This document shows, piece after piece, positions 9,341 to 18,746 of a stretch of DNA of 64,000 nt. A model generated the notes under the pieces. That model saw nothing but the letters and a program-made list of their open reading frames with translations. It did no database searches and had not been told where the DNA came from. A program made the translations under genes and the position numbers. Source of the DNA: an uncultured Eubacteriales bacterium (lineage in GTDB: Bacteria > Bacillota > Clostridia > Christensenellales > UBA1242); the NCBI GenBank assembly GCA_902476355.1, contig CABSCS010000001.1:5512-69511 (forward strand), in the 5' to 3' direction. The number at the start of each line of letters is the position of its first letter. Positions within the stretch are counted from its first letter, which is position 1.

Positions 9341-9365
9341 AAAGAGTGTCAATTTGATACTCTTT
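9341..9365. terminator. Bidirectional terminator between the glycerol operon (+) and galE (-)
   Basis: AAAGAGTGTC-AATTT-GATACTCTTT 10-bp stem flanked by an A-run upstream and TTTTTTG downstream; ~40 nt from the galE stop. Confidence 0.7.
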
Positions 9366-9406
9366 TTTGTTCGTTATTCACATTTATTTTGAACATCGCA
9401 ATAAAA

Positions 9407-10429
9407 TTATTTTTTATTCTTTTTGCAATGCTTCATTTCATTAAGTTGAAATTTATAGGTGCTTTCGCACATTTCATCAAGGGTTCTTGTTGCCTTCCAG
9501 CCAAGTTCTTTGAGCGCCTTGTCTGGCGAAGCATAACATTCGTCAATGTCGCCCGGTCTGCGAGGTGCAAATTTATATTTCACTTTTCCACCGCAACATT
9601 TGTTATAGGCATTCACCATGTCAAGCACGCTATATCCTGTGCCGGTTCCAAGGTTATAAATCACAAGTCCACAATTGGTTTTGAGTTTGTTGAGTGCTGC
9701 AAGATGACCATCGGCCAAGTCTACAACATGAATATAGTCGCGAACACCAGTTCCGTCTTTTGTGTTATAATCGTTTCCAAAAACACTGAGTTCTTTGAGT
9801 TCACCAACCGAAACTCTTGAAATGTATGGCATTAAATTGTTTGGAATGCCTCTTGGGTTTTCGCCAAGAAGTCCGCTTTCATGTGCACCAACCGGGTTGA
9901 AATATCTTAAAATTGCGATGTTCATGCTTGGGTCAGCAAGGCTAACATCTTTCAAAATTTCCTCGATAAACAACTTTGTTCTGCCATATGGATTTGTTGC
10001 ACTAGTTGGAAAATCTTCATAAATTGGCATGCTTTCTGCCTTCCCATAAACTGTTGCAGAACTGCTAAACACAAGATTTTTCACATTATATTCACGCATG
10101 GCTTTAAGCAAATTTATTGTGCTTTCCAGGTTGTTTTCATAATATTCAATTGGTTTCTTGACACTTTCACCAACCGCTTTGAGACCTGCAAAGTGAATTA
10201 CAGCATCAATTTTGTTATCCGCAAAAATCTTTTTGAGACCCGCCTCTTTGCGTAAATCATATTTATAAAACTTTACATCTTTTCCAGTGATTTTTTTAAT
10301 TTTTCTCAAAACATTACGGTCGCTATTGCTGAGATTGTCAACAATGATAACTTCTTCGCCTGCTTCAAGCAATTGAACGGCGGTGTGTGAGCCAATATAT
10401 CCAAGCCCACCAGTAAGTAAAACTTTCAT
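9407..10429 (-). CDS. galE: UDP-glucose 4-epimerase
   Basis: 340 aa from ATG 10427-10429 (GGGGGA SD). MKVLLTGGLGYIGSHT, SSSATVYG, NPYGRTK (YxxxK), ILRYFNPVGAHESG, DGTGVRDYIHVVDLA. The 20-aa extension in the ORF track is rejected. Confidence 0.93.
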   Translation of the reverse strand: MKVLLTGGLGYIGSHTAVQLLEAGEEVIIVDNLSNSDRNVLRKIKKITGKDVKFYKYDLRKEAGLKKIFADNKIDAVIHFAGLKAVGESVKKPIEYYENNLESTINLLKAMREYNVKNLVFSSSATVYGKAESMPIYEDFPTSATNPYGRTKLFIEEILKDVSLADPSMNIAILRYFNPVGAHESGLLGENPRGIPNNLMPYISRVSVGELKELSVFGNDYNTKDGTGVRDYIHVVDLADGHLAALNKLKTNCGLVIYNLGTGTGYSVLDMVNAYNKCCGGKVKYKFAPRRPGDIDECYASPDKALKELGWKATRTLDEMCESTYKFQLNEMKHCKKNKK

Positions 10430-10512
10430 ACTTTTCCCCCTTTCCCTTTTTCTATTTATATTATATAATTTCAAGCAAAAATCAGTCAAACAAATACAAA
10501 GTCAATTTCTTT

Positions 10513-10833
10513 TTATTTTTCAACTTCTTCAAGATAGTGAACAGGTTTTCCCGTTTTCTTTGCATATTCAATTTCAGACTTTGTGCTTGAACCAATATAT
10601 CCACCTTTGTTGATAACAAAAATTTCATCAGCCATGTCAATTTTTCTTTTGTGCATGTCATCAAGCATTTCTTTTATGTTGTCGTTCCAAACTTCATCAT
10701 CGCCCGAATGCCCAAACAGTCCAACAGAAATCACAATGTTGCCTTCAAGTGACAATCTTTTTTGTTCTTTTAAAAACTCATCTTTAAACTTTGTGCTTCC
10801 ACAAAGAGTTATAACTTTATATTTCCCAACCAT
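10513..10833 (-). CDS. Conserved hypothetical protein (small alpha/beta protein; nucleoside 2-deoxyribosyltransferase-like fold is only a guess)
   Basis: 106 aa from ATG 10831-10833 preceded by GAGGAG; the ORF-track TTG start would consume that SD. Sequence MVGKYKVITLCGSTKF...VINKGGYIGSSTKSEIEYAKKTGKPV. No family firmly recognised. Confidence 0.55.
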   Translation of the reverse strand: MVGKYKVITLCGSTKFKDEFLKEQKRLSLEGNIVISVGLFGHSGDDEVWNDNIKEMLDDMHKRKIDMADEIFVINKGGYIGSSTKSEIEYAKKTGKPVHYLEEVEK

Positions 10834-11040
10834 AGTTTTGCTCCTCAAACAAATTATATCACAACAACAAAAATATCAAAAACAAAAGCAAGCCGTTTCA
10901 AGTTTTTTTTATTACAAAAAAAGAATCATAGAAAATAAACAATCAACTCAAAAAACATTAAAGAACTCACACCTATACAAACAATAAGAAGAAAGAAAAG
11001 CAAAACCAAACAAAATAAGTTTAAACATATAAAACCCAAC

Positions 11041-11075
11041 AAAAAAAAGAACCATTTCTGGTTCTTTTTTTTTAT
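11041..11075 (-). terminator. Terminator after the lemA-DUF2207 operon (bidirectional shape)
   Basis: GAACCA-TTTC-TGGTTC stem flanked by an A8 run and a T10 run, ~30 nt after the stop at 11095. Confidence 0.65.
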
Positions 11076-11094
11076 TTCAAAGTGGAATGCTTGG

Positions 11095-13068
11095 TTATCT
11101 TGCACCAAAGCCTCCGCCTCCTCCGCCTCCGCCAGAGAAGCCACCTCCGCCAAATCCGCCACTGTGGCCACCGCCACCTTTGCTTGAAAATGATTTGACA
11201 GAACTTGCAATTGCTTTGAATTTTTCAGTTTGAATGGTTGTTGCCATTTTCGAATTGAAGTTGTTGAACATTGAATTGAAAATTACATAGTCCATTATGG
11301 TTCCATTTGAGTTTACAACCCAATCTGGAAGTTTAACTTCAATGTCTTTGAATTTATCCATCCACTCTTTTGAAAGACCAAACACATAGGCATATGGCAA
11401 AACATCAAAATAGTAGTTTGGATTTTCTTGAACAAACATTTTGATTTGAGAAACTTCGCACATTGCGATATAGTTTTTGAAGCCAAGAACTCTACCTTTG
11501 CAAATTGCACCGGCTTGATTGTATTTTGGAATAACGTTCACCAAAACTGGAAGTGTGCTGATAAGCGCCAAAACAACAAGTCCAATGCATGCAGTGTCGA
11601 TGAGTGCAATATTGAATCTTGCATAGGCAATTGCCAAGAAAACGACAAACATAATGCTTGAAACAAGGTTATATATCCACAAGTTCTTTTGTTCAAAGAA
11701 GCAGAGAACTGCGTCATAAACCAAGAACAAAGCAAACAGAGCATTCACAAAACTGAACAAACCTGTTGAATATCCAAAAAATGATTTTGGAATTTTGAAA
11801 ACAACAAGAGCAGTGATGAACATCAATGCCAAATATCCAATTTTTGCCCAGTTGAATTTGCTTGAAGCCTTTTGATCATATAAGGCTGTTTTTTGTTTGA
11901 TTTTTTCTGCGTTTTGGATTGCTCCAACGCTTTCTGCAAAGTCTGCGCCAAGTTTAGACATTTCTGAATCTGAAACTCCGCCTGTAAAAATTGCATTGTA
12001 AACTGTTTTCAAACTCATGTTTTTGAGTTCTGAAATATCTTTTTGTGTTTTGTGGAAGACAATGTTTTTGTCTCCTTTATCCTCAATTGTAAGATATCCT
12101 GCGTTTGCAAGACAAACCACACTTGCTGAAATTGTTTTTGTTGAAATGTTTTCATTTGCCATATAGTCGGCAACAAATGGGTCGAGCCCATCGAATGGAA
12201 CAAGTTCAACAGGAACTGGATAATCTTTTCTTTGTCTGAACACCAAGAAGCAAACAAGAGCAATTGCAATGCAAGCAAGTCCAAGGCAAATTGAAACAAT
12301 TTGCATTGTGTTCACTTGTGCTGGAACTTTTTTCAAATATCCATCTTCAAAAATTGCTCTGAAAGTTATTCCTTCGCCCGCTCTTAAAAGTGCGCACGAA
12401 CCAGAAACAATGTTTCCCGAAACAACAAAATCTTGCGAAGCAGTGCTTCCTGCTTTTCCTGCATACATTTGAATTTTGTCTTCTGAAACCTCTTCTGGAA
12501 GAGTTACAGAAAATGTTACGTTTTCAATGTTGCAAGTGCTGTTGGTTCCAACAATGTTATAATAAACATCGTCGAAACCTTTGTTTTTGTCGTTTCCCAT
12601 GAAATAGGAATAACCAATTGTGAAAGTTCTTGTTTCGCCTTGGGTGAAACCTTGGCGGTCTTTCAAACCAATTGTAAGATAACCTGTAATTTCATCAACA
12701 TAGGTGTTGAGTTGCTCATTATTTTCGCCCGAGCCAGTAATGTTTGATATTTTTGCATAGCAAACACTTTTTTGAACCTTTCCATCAATTTCACGATATT
12801 GATAGCATGCATATGGAATGAAACGAATCACTTCGTGAAGCCCTGCATATTCAAACTTCATGTCGAAAGTTTCAGAAACATCAACTCGTCCGTTTTCTTT
12901 GACAGTTGCATTCACATCAAGTCGAGTGATTGTTACGCTACTAGAAGAAGAAAGTTCTTCATCGCTTGGTGAAGAACTTACAATATCCATTGTGAAAAGA
13001 ACAACGCTCATGAACGCAAGAACAATTGCAAAAAAGATTGAGGTTATAATTTTAGATTTCTTTTCCAA
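11095..13068 (-). CDS. DUF2207-type membrane protein with Gly-rich C-terminal tail
   Basis: 657 aa. N-terminal TM, ~230-aa extracytoplasmic region, a cluster of TM helices, and tail KGGGGHSGGFGGGGFSGGGGGGGGFGAR. The TTG start abuts the lemA stop, with AAAGGTG SD 9 nt upstream. Confidence 0.8.
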   Translation of the reverse strand: MEKKSKIITSIFFAIVLAFMSVVLFTMDIVSSSPSDEELSSSSSVTITRLDVNATVKENGRVDVSETFDMKFEYAGLHEVIRFIPYACYQYREIDGKVQKSVCYAKISNITGSGENNEQLNTYVDEITGYLTIGLKDRQGFTQGETRTFTIGYSYFMGNDKNKGFDDVYYNIVGTNSTCNIENVTFSVTLPEEVSEDKIQMYAGKAGSTASQDFVVSGNIVSGSCALLRAGEGITFRAIFEDGYLKKVPAQVNTMQIVSICLGLACIAIALVCFLVFRQRKDYPVPVELVPFDGLDPFVADYMANENISTKTISASVVCLANAGYLTIEDKGDKNIVFHKTQKDISELKNMSLKTVYNAIFTGGVSDSEMSKLGADFAESVGAIQNAEKIKQKTALYDQKASSKFNWAKIGYLALMFITALVVFKIPKSFFGYSTGLFSFVNALFALFLVYDAVLCFFEQKNLWIYNLVSSIMFVVFLAIAYARFNIALIDTACIGLVVLALISTLPVLVNVIPKYNQAGAICKGRVLGFKNYIAMCEVSQIKMFVQENPNYYFDVLPYAYVFGLSKEWMDKFKDIEVKLPDWVVNSNGTIMDYVIFNSMFNNFNSKMATTIQTEKFKAIASSVKSFSSKGGGGHSGGFGGGGFSGGGGGGGGFGAR

Positions 13069-13635
13069 TTAAAATTGCACCTTTACATTTTTTCTTTCTT
13101 CTTCGTTGTCAACTTCATAAAGAGGTTTTCTTTCGAATTTAAACCAACTTGCAATCAAGTTGCTTGGGAAAATTTCGGTTTTAACGTTATAGGTTTTAAC
13201 GCATGCGTTATAATATCTTCTTGAATTTGAAATTTCACCTTCAAGAGTTTTAAGTTGATTTTGAAGGTCGGTGAAGTTTGCATTTGCCTTCAAATCTGGA
13301 TAGTTTTCAGTGAGTGCCATAAGAGAGCGAAGAGTTGTTGTAAGTTCGCCTTCTGCTTTTGCACGGTCTTCTGCGCTTCCTGCAACAGAAATTCTGCTTC
13401 TTGCTGAAATAACAGCGTCGAGAGTTTCTTTCTCGTGTTTTGCATAACCTTTTACTGTTTCAACAAGATTTGGAACAAGGTCATATCTTTTTTTGAGGCA
13501 AACGTCCATTGTTGAAAATGCTTCTTCAACATTGTTGCGAAGACGTACCAAATTGTTTCTTGCAGAAATAATCCAAACAACAATTATAACAGCAAGCAAG
13601 GCCACAACGCCAAGTGTAATGTATAATGCTAACAT
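13069..13635 (-). CDS. lemA: LemA family protein
   Basis: 188 aa. N-terminal TM (LGVVALLAVIIVVWII). LemA-type SNSRRYYNACVKTYNVKTEIFPSNLIASWFKF. Confidence 0.9.
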   Translation of the reverse strand: MLALYITLGVVALLAVIIVVWIISARNNLVRLRNNVEEAFSTMDVCLKKRYDLVPNLVETVKGYAKHEKETLDAVISARSRISVAGSAEDRAKAEGELTTTLRSLMALTENYPDLKANANFTDLQNQLKTLEGEISNSRRYYNACVKTYNVKTEIFPSNLIASWFKFERKPLYEVDNEEERKNVKVQF

Positions 13636-13765
13636 TTTTTATCTCCTTTATTTGACAAAATTGTCTTATATATTTATTATGAATATATATGCACTTTTTG
13701 TAAAGTGTTTTCATGGGGTTAACCCCGAAATTTATACATTTTTGACAAATTTAAAGGCGACAAAC

Positions 13766-14539
13766 ATGGACAAAAAGACAATTCACGAAGAACACAGAAA
13801 AAGAATGAAAGAAATTTTCACAAAAAATGGACTTTCTGCATTTTCAGACATTCAAAAACTTGAATTTATTTTATATTTTTCAATTCCAAGAAAAGACACA
13901 AATCCAATTGCACACCGTCTTCTTGACACCTTTGGCAGTTTTGACAAAGTTTTAGAGGCGCCTCTTGAAAAATTGCAAGCAGTTGAAGGCATTGGCGAGC
14001 ACAGTGCAATGCTTATTTCTTCATATTTAAAGATTTTCGAGTGTTATGGCAAAAGCAAGTGTGAAACCAGCATTGCCGGAACAACAACAGCAAAAGAATA
14101 TTGCAAAAATCTTTATAAAGGCAAGGCGGTTGAAGAATTCTATATGCTTTGCCTTACAAGTTCAAACAAGGTTATGAGTTGCAATCTTGTGAACCGCGGA
14201 ACAGCAAGCGAGGTTCCAGTTGACATCAGAAAACTTACAAACATTATTGTTGCAAACAATTGCGAAAGAGTTCTTATCACTCACAATCACCCACATGGTC
14301 CCGTTCGCCCATCTGATGAAGACATTGCATTCACCGCAAAAATTGTTTCAAGTTGCATTTTAAACAGCATTGAAGTTATTGACCACATTATCGATAATAG
14401 CGAAACTGCATTCTCTTTTGAAGAAGCAAAAATTTTAAAAGAACTTAAACGCGACGCAATCAAGAAGATTCCAGGTTTCTCTCAAAAAGAGTTCGACCGC
14501 TTTGGTCAAGAAAGCACAAACTATAAGGTTGGGAAATAG
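13766..14539 (+). CDS. radC: RadC-family JAMM-motif protein
   Basis: 257 aa from ATG 13766. HhH-like LEKLQAVEGIGEHSAMLI. JAMM signature ITHNHPHGPVRPSDEDI. The 91-aa N-terminal extension in the ORF track overlaps lemA and is rejected. Confidence 0.88.
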   Translation: MDKKTIHEEHRKRMKEIFTKNGLSAFSDIQKLEFILYFSIPRKDTNPIAHRLLDTFGSFDKVLEAPLEKLQAVEGIGEHSAMLISSYLKIFECYGKSKCETSIAGTTTAKEYCKNLYKGKAVEEFYMLCLTSSNKVMSCNLVNRGTASEVPVDIRKLTNIIVANNCERVLITHNHPHGPVRPSDEDIAFTAKIVSSCILNSIEVIDHIIDNSETAFSFEEAKILKELKRDAIKKIPGFSQKEFDRFGQESTNYKVGK

Positions 14540-14708
14540 AAAAATAATCATAAAAAATGCAAGCACACTGCCAAAAACACATAAAATTTCACTATTTTTC
14601 ACACTCAAATCACACAATTTTGCGTTTTTATATGCCAATCATAGACAAAATCACTATAAAAGCACAAGAAAAACGCAAACATCAAAACTTCAACAATAAA
14701 TATGCATT

Positions 14709-14743
14709 AAAAAAGACCATAATTTCATTTATGGTCTTTTTTT
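14709..14743. terminator. Bidirectional terminator between radC (+) and the ABC-F gene (-)
   Basis: AGACCATAA-TTTCAT-TTATGGTCT stem with an A-run before and T7 after. Confidence 0.7.
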
Positions 14744-14774
14744 GAAACAAAAAATTTATTATTTATTTTAAATA

Positions 14775-16301
14775 TTACACCTTTACAAGTCCGTTTTCGC
14801 AGAGTTCATAAACCTCGTCGCACACTTCTGAAATGAACTTTCTGTCGTGTGAAACGCTTATCACCGCGCCATGATAGTTATTCAAAAGTTCTCGTATTGT
14901 TGGGTTTGAAAGTGGACTCAGATTTCTTGTTGGCTCGTCTAGAACAAGCACATTATTGTTTTGAACAATAATCGTTAAAAGTGAAAGTTTTGCTTTTTGC
15001 CCCTCGCTAAGGTCTTTGATTTTATGCCCCATTTCTTCTTTTGTGAATTTGAGACAGCCAAGAAGCGTCATTGGATTTAGTTCTTTGTTTGCATTTTTCA
15101 AAACCTCTACTGGTGTTTCTTCAAAACACAAAATCTCGTTATAGTTTTGCGAAAAATAGCCAACTTGAAGCCCTGGGGTTTCTTTCAAAATTGGAAGCAG
15201 CTTTTTTATCAGTGTGGTTTTCCCGCAACCATTTTTGCCAATGATTGCAACTTTTTTCGCACCATAAACCGACAAGCAAACATTTTTTGCAAGCACTTTT
15301 TTGCCCACGCAAAGATTTTCAAAACAAACATCAACAACCTTCTTTTGATTTGCAAGAGATATGTTCTGATTTGCAATGATTTTGATTGCTTCTTCAACTT
15401 CTGGAATCTCGGTGAGTTCTTGGTTTTCAAGTCTTGCTTCTTGCGCCTTTATGTTTCTCATTTTCTTTACCAAAACCCTTCCAGTTGATGGATCTCTTCG
15501 GCACTCTTTAATGTCTTGACGAACTTTTTCTTTTATCTGCTTTAAAATTTCTTCTTTTTTCTTTTGTTCCCTGCGCTCGGCATATGCAACTTGGGTTTGA
15601 TGTTCAATTGCGCGGTTTCTTGCCCAAACATATTCACCATATGAACATTTTTCAAGAGTATATTTTGGCTTGCTCTTTTTTATCAGTTGCTCAATATGCA
15701 AAATGCGATTTGCCGTGTTTTCAAGCAAAGTTTCATCGTGCGAAATGAAAACAACTGGCACGCTTTGATTTTTTATGAACTCTTCCAAAATTTCAAGCGT
15801 TTGAATGTCAAGGTCGTTGGTAGGCTCGTCAAGAAAATATGCGTCATATTCACCCGCCATGAGGCGCGCAAGTTGAAGTTTCACCTTCTCTCCGCCCGAC
15901 AAATCTTTGATTTTGATTTGATTTTCCAAAAGCGTTTCATCAAAACCAAGATTTTTAAGGCACATGCAAAAATTGTTTATTTGAGCATATTTATCAAAAT
16001 CAATCTCTTTTGAAAATTGATCATGCACAAAATAATCCTCAATTTGTTTATCATCCCAAAAACTATCAAGTTTTTGTTCAAGATAACCAATATGGCAATT
16101 GTCTCTTGAAATTTTTCCAGAAACGGTACAATAATCCGAAACCAGATTTTCACTTATCATCGCTTTCATAAGCGTGCTTTTGCCGTTGCCCTCTTCGCCA
16201 ATAATGGCAAGTTTGTCGCTCGGATTTAAAACAAACGACAAGTTTTCAATCAGAACTCTGCCCTTTTTTGTTTCAATTTTAAGATTGTTTACGTTAAACA
16301 T
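14775..16301 (-). CDS. ABC-F family ATPase (two ABC domains, no membrane domain)
   Basis: 508 aa. Walker A GEEGNGKST and GKNGCGKTT; signatures LSGGEKVK and LSEGQKAK. Charged inter-domain linker AERREQKKKEEILKQIKEKVRQDIKECRRD. Confidence 0.9.
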   Translation of the reverse strand: MFNVNNLKIETKKGRVLIENLSFVLNPSDKLAIIGEEGNGKSTLMKAMISENLVSDYCTVSGKISRDNCHIGYLEQKLDSFWDDKQIEDYFVHDQFSKEIDFDKYAQINNFCMCLKNLGFDETLLENQIKIKDLSGGEKVKLQLARLMAGEYDAYFLDEPTNDLDIQTLEILEEFIKNQSVPVVFISHDETLLENTANRILHIEQLIKKSKPKYTLEKCSYGEYVWARNRAIEHQTQVAYAERREQKKKEEILKQIKEKVRQDIKECRRDPSTGRVLVKKMRNIKAQEARLENQELTEIPEVEEAIKIIANQNISLANQKKVVDVCFENLCVGKKVLAKNVCLSVYGAKKVAIIGKNGCGKTTLIKKLLPILKETPGLQVGYFSQNYNEILCFEETPVEVLKNANKELNPMTLLGCLKFTKEEMGHKIKDLSEGQKAKLSLLTIIVQNNNVLVLDEPTRNLSPLSNPTIRELLNNYHGAVISVSHDRKFISEVCDEVYELCENGLVKV

Positions 16302-16326
16302 AAAATCACCCCCACTAAAAAGGCAA

Positions 16327-16707
16327 TTATTCTACAATCTGAAATTCCTCGCAAACAATTTCTATTTCTTTTGAAAATTTGATTTTCTTTTCTTTGCATT
16401 CTTGTTTGAAAAATTTCTTGTGCACCCGTTTCCAATATTCAAGAGACAAATTTCCCTCGCCCTCTTTTTTCGCGTGTTCACTTGTAACGTCGCAAAATCT
16501 TGTGACATATGCCTTTTTTGTTTTTATTTTAATTTTTCGGGTTTGGTCAAAGTTCGTTAAAATGCTATATCCAATGTTTTTTGAAATGTCTTCACCATCA
16601 TAAAGATAGCAAGTTGCGGTCTTCCGTCCGCTTTCCACAAGTTCAAAAAGTCGGTTTGCAGTTTTTTTATCTTTGCCAAAACTCCATGTTTCAAGTTTCT
16701 TTTCCAT
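16327..16707 (-). CDS. ASCH domain protein
   Basis: 126 aa. SFGKDKKTANRLFELVESGRKTATC...FCDVTSEHAKKEGEGNLSLEYWKRVHKKFF resembles YqfB/ASCH-type proteins. Confidence 0.7.
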   Translation of the reverse strand: MEKKLETWSFGKDKKTANRLFELVESGRKTATCYLYDGEDISKNIGYSILTNFDQTRKIKIKTKKAYVTRFCDVTSEHAKKEGEGNLSLEYWKRVHKKFFKQECKEKKIKFSKEIEIVCEEFQIVE

Positions 16708-16792
16708 GACTACATTTTATCAACTTGGAAAATTTTTGTCAAATGCGTGAAATTTTGCTTTCTTTTCACCGCAAACTCCGGAATTTTGCAAT

Positions 16793-16823
16793 AAAAAAAG
16801 CACAAACCGCTTGTGCTTTTATT
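16793..16823 (-). terminator. Terminator after the lipoprotein gene
   Basis: AGCACAA-ACCGC-TTGTGCT stem; on the minus strand it is followed by TTTTTTTATTGC; ~15 nt after the stop at 16835. Confidence 0.65.
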
Positions 16824-16834
16824 TTTTATAATGG

Positions 16835-17317
16835 TTAGTTTATTTTTTCAAGAGTGATTTCTTTATCTTTATAAAAGATTTTTGAAATTGGACTATCATT
16901 TTCAACAACAAGTTTAAGCGTTACAATAATCCCTTCATAGCCAGGACTTTTGACAACATCTCTTGTTTTTGTATATTCATAGTAACTTCGATCAACCGAT
17001 ACTCCGTTTATTGTAGTTTGGCTGACAACAAGTCTGCCAAGAAAGTTTTTTGCAGTTTTTGTTTGCCCGTTTTGAATATATTTGAAATCCGAAGCCTCTA
17101 TTGTTATTCTTTCTTCTTCGCTGTCAACATCAATTTCAATATAATAGCCAGTTTCACGAGCCTCTGTCACCGCCGCACTTTCAACTTTTTTGGTTGATGC
17201 AAAAGTTGCATTGATAGGTTTTTCCTCTTTACATCCAGCAAACAAACACGCTGGAACAACCATTGCACAAAGCGTTAACACACACATTAAAATTTTCTTT
17301 AATGATGATTTATTCAT
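16835..17317 (-). CDS. Hypothetical lipoprotein
   Basis: 160 aa. Signal peptide with lipobox MCVLTLCAMVVPACLFAGC. No recognisable family. Confidence 0.7.
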   Translation of the reverse strand: MNKSSLKKILMCVLTLCAMVVPACLFAGCKEEKPINATFASTKKVESAAVTEARETGYYIEIDVDSEEERITIEASDFKYIQNGQTKTAKNFLGRLVVSQTTINGVSVDRSYYEYTKTRDVVKSPGYEGIIVTLKLVVENDSPISKIFYKDKEITLEKIN

Positions 17318-17471
17318 TTCTGTCTCCTTAAAACAAGACCATTATAACCCAAAACAAAAAAACTTTCAACAAAAGCGTGCAATTTTTTCGTTTATGCCAT
17401 TTTTTGTTTTGAAAAAAAATTTATATTGTTTATAATCATATTATAAAAATATTTTTATCAGGGGGAAAAAT

Positions 17472-18746
17472 ATGAAACTTACCGCAGAACAACAAGCCAT
17501 TCTTGACGGAAGCGAAGGCGAAACCAAAGCGAAAATCATGCGAACTTTGGTTGAGTTTGGCGACATTTTCGGAGCAAAGCGCCTTGTTCCAGTTTCAACA
17601 AATGGTCACCTTGTGACATCTTTTGGAATTGGACTTTTAAAACCAGTTTATCGCATTATGGACGAAATTATTGATGCAGGGCTGAAAACTCCATATCCAT
17701 TTACAGTAGACCCACGCCCAATTGACTATGAAAACGTTAAAGTTGGGCTTTTGAACAAGTTGATTTTCAGCAAAATCATGTATTCGCAACAAAAACACTA
17801 TGAAGAACAACTTTCTAAAATTGGACTTAAAAACAAAAATGCATTCTCTTGCACATGCTATCTTTCAGACGTTGGAAACACTCCAAAATATGGCGACATT
17901 TTGTCTTGGGCTGAAAGCAGTGCTGTTGTATATGCAAACTCTGTTCTTGGAGCAAGATGCAACCGCAACAGCGGAATGCTTGATATTTTCGGTTCTCTTC
18001 TTGGACTTGTTCCAGAATTTGGACTTTTGACCGATGAAGGCAGAAAAGCATCTTGGGTTGTTGAAATTAAAACCTCTTCTCTTCCAGAAGCACAAATTCT
18101 TGGAAGTGCAATTGGAATGAAAGTTATGGAAGATGTTCCATATGTCAAAGGTCTTGACAAATTTCTTGGAGATAAACTTAACGACCAAACAATTTCATAT
18201 TTAAAAGATTTTGGAGCCGCAACCGCTTCAAATGGTGCTGTTGGACTTTATCACATTGAAAACTTGACACCAGAAGCAAAAAAACTTGGCGAAAAACTTT
18301 TGAAAGAAGAATACAAAACCTATGTCATCGACGACGCAGAACTTGAAAGAGTTTATAAAAGTTATCCAGTGATGTGGAAAAACAAAAGCGCAAAACCAAC
18401 CCTTTGCTTTATTGGTTGCCCACACCTCACATTCGACCAACTTGTTTCTTGGACACATCGCATTGAGGAAGCACTTCAAAAATCTGGAAGAAAGAAAGTT
18501 AAAGTTCGCACAATCATGACAACCGCGCCAGATGTTCTTTCACACTTCAAACGCAGTGAAGAATATGCAAAATTGATTGGATTTGGTGTAAAAATCTCTT
18601 CAATCTGCCCTCTTATGTACACAAACAACCCAATTGCTGGTTCAAAACCAATTATAACAAACAGCAACAAACTTCGAACATATTCTAAATCTAGATACTA
18701 TAAAGATGAAGACATTTTGAAACTTATTTGTGGGGAGGAAAAATAA
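17472..18746 (+). CDS. Aconitase X catalytic subunit (DUF521 family)
   Basis: 424 aa. MKLTAEQQAILDGSEGETKAKIMRTLVEFGDIFGAKRLVPVSTNGHLV is a typical AcnX/DUF521 N-terminus. GGGGGA SD upstream. Confidence 0.8.
   Translation: MKLTAEQQAILDGSEGETKAKIMRTLVEFGDIFGAKRLVPVSTNGHLVTSFGIGLLKPVYRIMDEIIDAGLKTPYPFTVDPRPIDYENVKVGLLNKLIFSKIMYSQQKHYEEQLSKIGLKNKNAFSCTCYLSDVGNTPKYGDILSWAESSAVVYANSVLGARCNRNSGMLDIFGSLLGLVPEFGLLTDEGRKASWVVEIKTSSLPEAQILGSAIGMKVMEDVPYVKGLDKFLGDKLNDQTISYLKDFGAATASNGAVGLYHIENLTPEAKKLGEKLLKEEYKTYVIDDAELERVYKSYPVMWKNKSAKPTLCFIGCPHLTFDQLVSWTHRIEEALQKSGRKKVKVRTIMTTAPDVLSHFKRSEEYAKLIGFGVKISSICPLMYTNNPIAGSKPIITNSNKLRTYSKSRYYKDEDILKLICGEEK

Noticed and set aside
9281-9820. 179-aa plus-strand ORF; similar cases are 20070-20639 (+), 34290-34919 (+) and 38373-38822 (+)
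   Set aside because: All are antisense to confidently identified genes (galE, epimerase/rpsR, aspS, dagK) and encode Cys/Phe-rich nonsense.
13493-13765. 91-aa N-terminal extension of the radC ORF in the track
   Set aside because: It overlaps the lemA coding region on the opposite strand and has no RadC similarity. The ATG at 13766 begins the conserved sequence.
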